DNA of 64,000 nt, from contig OZ024740.1 in the NCBI GenBank assembly GCA_964016885.1, positions 189,968,001 to 190,032,000 on the forward strand, in the 5' to 3' direction. The translations under genes and the position numbers were made by a program. Under the pieces are notes generated by a model. That model did no database searches. It was not told where the DNA came from and worked only from the letters and a program-made list of their open reading frames with translations. Below, piece by piece: positions 59,235 through 64,000 of this stretch. The stretch comes from Eledone cirrhosa. Lineage: Eukaryota. Position 1 is the stretch's first letter. Each line of letters starts with the position of its first letter.

Positions 59235-59510
59235 GGCAATTTTTGACCAGACATACATTTAAAATGTCGTCCGCATAAATTGCGTTTTATATTCGGAGTA
59301 GCTTCAATTGCTTGAGTTGTCTGATCTTGATGAACCCTAAAATGTATCTTCAGGACTCTTTAGATTTGCATATTTTGTGACATATGTGGCATTGATAAAT
59401 GTGAACTGGTTGATATGTTCTGAGGCCAGTAGGTGTGTTCTCGCATGTGAGATTGAAGTCCAACTTCTGCCAGGCTGATTTTGCCACAGACTGTACAAGT
59501 AGAAAAAGTC
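59235..59510 (-). pseudogene. Three decayed tandem C2H2 zinc fingers
   Basis: CTVCGKISLAEVGLQSHMREH; CHICHKICKSKE/LKIHFRVH (frameshift); RNLCGRHFKCMSG. Confidence 0.65.
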
Positions 59511-59691
59511 CCATTAATTTTGTATTCATTTGGGTGGTTTTTTTCCTCATATTCTTCTTAATATATACTTGCATTAATCTATTTTGCTCAAACGCATATA
59601 TACATATAAATATATATGTATATATAGTTTTAATATAGATGAGATTCTACATGACTAGAACTGTTTCATTCTTTAGAAATCATCAGGATTC

Positions 59692-59746
59692 TGAGGTTCC
59701 TGATGATTTCTAAAGAATGAAACAGTTCTAGTCCTGTAGAATCTCA
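59692..59746 (+). ncRNA. Type I hammerhead ribozyme within palindrome 59626-59760
   Basis: tgaggttc-CTGATGA-t ttc(taaa)gaa t-GAA-ACAG(ttctagtc)CTGT-A-gaatctca. Confidence 0.8.
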
Positions 59747-59828
59747 TCTATATTAAAACTTTTTATACTCTGCTATGTATTGAGTACCTTACTTACTGTG
59801 GTTACATCCGATTCAACCCGGAATAACG

Positions 59829-59892
<64 letters not shown>

Positions 59893-60732
59893 AGTGTGTG
59901 TGTATGTGTGGCGGTAGCTAAGATACTTCCATAGGCGGTATGCCAGTTGAGCACTCTATCCTCTTACAAAGTAGAATATGATGTAATGGAAAACGAAAAA
60001 TCAGTGATGCATCTGAACTCAATTTGTTGTATGTTACAATTGTTTCGCCGGCGGACAGCTCGAGACTTGATCATTGTGTGGATCTGTCTGATTCTGGACC
60101 CGCAGGTTCGACGGACATGTGTCATAGTGAGAGAATATGCTCCGAAATTATTAGACGTATGTATGTGTATATGTCGTTTGTTACTCACAGCTATTAACCC
60201 ATGGTTAATAGCTGTGAGTTACAAACAACATATACACATACATACGAACTAAAACAAAAAAAACACATCAATGAAAATCACATATACAACTCTATCACGT
60301 GCTTTGCATTACACTTTACATAACAAATACCTACATTATCACCACATGCCTCTCTAACAAATTTCACACTATCTTAAACATTTATAACAATTATAACATA
60401 CCCCACACAAAATATGTTTATTTCAACTGAATTATAACACTTTCCTCATGCTTCCCATATTGACTGTATTGACTCCTGCATTGTTCACCAATTGTCCTTG
60501 CTTATAACTTTTTTGCCTGTGTTTTTTTTTTTGCTTGTGATTTTTTGTTTGTTTGTGCTTTTTACTTATACTGCTTACACTTTCAACCAGTGCTGCCTGT
60601 AATTGTGTTCTCTCAAGCAGAACAACCTTTTAACTCCTGACTCTCCACATGATGCCTATGACACTAACAACAATTATGTACCCGGAATGTTCTAAATGAC
60701 TAGGACTTTAAAAAAATGTTTCGACATGCCTA

Positions 60733-60778
60733 TGCTCCGATGATTCAGACTTCCCTCTGGAAGAAACACTTGTCAGCA
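60733..60778 (+). ncRNA. Type I hammerhead, C4 core variant, downstream of a possible decayed GIY-YIG tail (~59990-60220)
   Basis: tgct-CCGATGA-ttcaga(cttccc)tctgga a-GAA-AC(actt)GT-C-agca. Confidence 0.65.
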
Positions 60779-60954
60779 AATAAATGTTCTAAACTAACAT
60801 TTGATCGTTTTAACACGTTGTATCTCGGCTCTCTAAAGCACTTGAACATTTGCATTGAGCCTTTTGTCATACCGGTAACTGGCTAGTAATTAGTACTACG
60901 CTACATATTTAGAGTTATATCAAACATATATAAATATAAATATTAGTTAGCTGG

Positions 60955-61179
60955 GGTTAGCTGGACATGCTCACCGACATCCAGAGTTGACATTGCGCTC
61001 AGTGCTCCTTTGGGAGCCCCTACATGGACACACTAGAAGAGGAAGACCAAGGTTAACGTATGTTGATGCCCTAAGGACAGACACTGGTCTGTTGGAGACC
61101 CAGGACATGGCAGCGATAATGAGGGACAGAGACCGCTGGAGAGAACTCGTCCATGGATCTCGGGAATTTTACCCGCGTT

Positions 61180-61181
<2 letters not shown>
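60955..61181 (+). mobile_element. 3' end of RTE-clade LINE ORF
   Basis: LAGHAHRH..VLLWEPLHG..RRGRPRLTYVD..DTGL..MRDRDRWR; stop runs directly into (TA)n. Confidence 0.88.
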
Positions 61182-61219
<38 letters not shown>

Positions 61220-61399
61220 GTTATATAGTAAGATGCCATTAATGTTGGTTGTGTCAAACGGTCCAATACATTTTTGTTAGCAATATTAAGTTCTCCACGC
61301 TTTTGTATATCTCGAATTCCATTTATGGGAATAGCTAGATGATGTAAAACGGAGTATTTGTATCAAAATAAATATTCGAAGGCATGGTGTAAATTTCCA

Positions 61400-62165
61400 T
61401 AGGGTTACGGTTGACCCAATTTTTTCCAATTTTTTTGGACGATACGAATGTGTATATACCATAACATACACTATTTGGAGATACGGATGTTACAATTTAA
61501 TATATACACGTATAGCAGAACATTGAACTGAACTTACTTGCGTGTGTATAGTGTTGCGGTTGACCCAATTTTTCCAACTTACATCGTCAAATTGAGATTT
61601 GACCAACATAACATTTGTTGTTTTGTAAACTAACTTTCGGTGAATACTATGTTGGTATATTTATATATTTTCTTTGACCTCGCGTCGGTGTGTGTGAGTG
61701 TGTATGTACTCACTCATACTAACTGTGACCGTCTATAGTTCTACAGATTTGATGCTATGTTGGTATATGTATATATTTTTCTTTGACCTAGCGTCGGTGT
61801 GTGTAAGTGTGTGAGGACCCACTAACATTAACTGTGACCGACTGTAATTCTACAGATTTGATTGATATCCAGCGTCTTTTACAGCTATTGGGAGATAGAG
61901 ACTTGATAGTTTTATGACCCTAACTGAAGACGATAGCAGTCGCCGTGTTTTGACTGCTTGATCTTCATATGAGGGTCTACACTCTGTGAGTGAACATCGT
62001 TAATTCCCTCCCTCATATCAAGGATTTGAAGACAATTCATTTTCACCTGACGAGTTCAATGATAATCAAACATGGCTATACGATCGATCTATCTCTTATT
62101 GAAACGTGTGTCGTGATTAAAATGATTGGAAATGTATACCATGCCTTCGGATCTTTATTTTGATA
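61400..62165 (+). mobile_element. Solo pLTR of the 28326-32441 PLE family, with internal ~110-bp tandem duplication (61645-61862)
   Basis: acatcgtcaaattgagatttgaccaa..ctaactttcggtga..cacctgacgag..gaaacgtgtgtcgtgatt matches 31840-32441. Confidence 0.85.
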
Positions 62166-62196
62166 TATATATATATATATATACATACATTTATAT

Positions 62197-62283
<87 letters not shown>

Positions 62284-63549
62284 AACATAATTGTGTATGT
62301 GTGGGTTTGTTTATTTGTAAAAACATAAGTGTATGCCCGTGTTTTGTAAGTATATGCTGTTTTCAAAACATAAAATTATATTTGTATATTTGTATGCACA
62401 TATCCCTGTCAATTGTTGTACATTAAATAACAAACACAAATGAAATCACCCGCAACATTCTCGATTTACCTCATACTTTTCCCGTATATACGTTTACATT
62501 TATTACCCTGTGTTTGTGTGGGTATGCACGCTGATTTTTGTATAAGCTGCCTTTGTTAGTAAATACATTCCATTAAAATGTTTTCAAGTGATGAATGTTT
62601 GTATCAACTCGTTAAGCTTCGTTTTAATAGACATAGCTGAATAGAGTCTCATTCAACGCTATATATATGTAACGGATTATTTCAGTACATAACATGTGAT
62701 TTCTTTGATTTTCAATTCTGTTTAATTACATATGACTTTATATCTTACATCTTAATTATTAACTTTCAGGAAACTAATTATTTACTTGGCTTTTTATCCC
62801 AAATAATTCCAATTGACTGAGTGGCCTAGGTTTTGGCGAAACACATTAGGTTTGTATACCTATACGATGCATATTTCTATAATTTCGTATGAATGTAGAT
62901 AGATGAATGTAGATACATAAACACGCCTAGCCGAGGTTTGTACTTCATACACATTTCCATCTTAATAATAACATATGAACACACACATTGTGTCCTTCGA
63001 CCACACCTACACCACTCTCTCTCTTTCTCTCCCTTTCTCTATCTCCCTATCTCTCTATCTACCCCTCTCTCTCTCTCTCCCTCTCTATCTCTCTATCTCT
63101 CTCTGTATATATATATACATAACGTAATTTCACCTCAAATATTTCTGAGTATTTTAGTCAATATAAAGAAATCCATTATATACATTGTAACTATGACGTC
63201 CGCAAATTAAAATACATAATTATTTTATTAATTAAATTAATCTATATCCCTACGTAGATATTGTTTATGCAAATATTCAACATGGAAAATGTTTCCGATT
63301 AGCTAATAAAAATCGTTTTGAAGGGAAAATATGTTTTGTCTAAATGTTAATAAATGTAATACTTCATATTTAATTCATTTTGTCTTAGGCATATATATAA
63401 TAACCTGCAAGATGCCTTCAGGTGAATGTTAATTCACACACTAGAATAATCCCTATGATGAATAATCCCTACGTGAAAAGTGTATGCTGTAAGAAATCTC
63501 GTTATCTATAAACATGAAATGAAATGTTAAATATTGATGTAACTTGGAA

Positions 63550-64000
63550 AATTTATTTCGTATTAATTACCGTCTAGAAGAAAATGATTATCGACAATTT
63601 ATTTTCCAATTTATTGTTGCGACTGGATGTAAATTTGAAATATTGCCATTACAAACTATTTTAATCAAAATCCGAGTCGAAATAATTGTCTCTATTCTTT
63701 AGTAAAATATCAATACACTTGAATAAATCATTTGAAATTAAACAGAGGAATTCCCAGAGAAATACATTGCATAATGAAATACATACAACATCCTAAAAAT
63801 GTAAATAAGTGCTGCATCACCAGAAGATCTGCCCACACAAAGTTGTATTCACTCAATAGATACATCACATTTCCAAATGTAGTAAAATAAATGATACCAC
63901 AAAATAATACGATCTGGCAATTTTTAGAAATCTTGAAAAAGGAACTATAGTGTGTTTTCTTTTTATTTGACACTGATCAATTATTTTTACATAATATCTA
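63550..64000 (-). pseudogene. Decayed Cys-loop receptor-like TM2-TM4, running off the window edge
   Basis: ORF 63728-63973 IIYFTTFGNVMYLL..MQCISLGIPLFNFK; IVDNHFL TM4-like. Confidence 0.5.

Noticed and set aside
63130-63500. Additional possible receptor TM fragment on the plus strand
   Set aside because: Only vague hydrophobic similarity; motif order not convincing

Overview
AT-rich eukaryotic DNA, probably from a cephalopod such as Octopus. That assignment is an inference from the dense (TA)n runs, abundant Penelope-like elements and intronless Cys-loop relics. No intact host gene is visible, and most listed ORFs are (TA)n/(GT)n translation artefacts. Two layers explain most of the window. 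(1) Penelope-like retroelements (PLEs): three large degenerate RT plus GIY-YIG copies and many pseudo-LTR (pLTR) fragments. These often form fold-back palindromes, often abut (TA)n, and carry type I hammerhead ribozyme motifs, several with non-canonical cores (U3-A8 compensatory pair, C4, enlarged stem II). (2) The unique-looking DNA between repeats reads, motif by motif across frameshifts and stops, as about 20 heavily decayed, intronless pentameric ligand-gated ion channel (nAChR/chemotactile-receptor-like) pseudogenes in both orientations. Minor components are RTE, CR1-like and RLE-type LINE fragments, a mariner-type MITE, a decayed C2H2 triplet and microsatellites. Pseudogene boundaries are approximate and all homology calls were made by eye.
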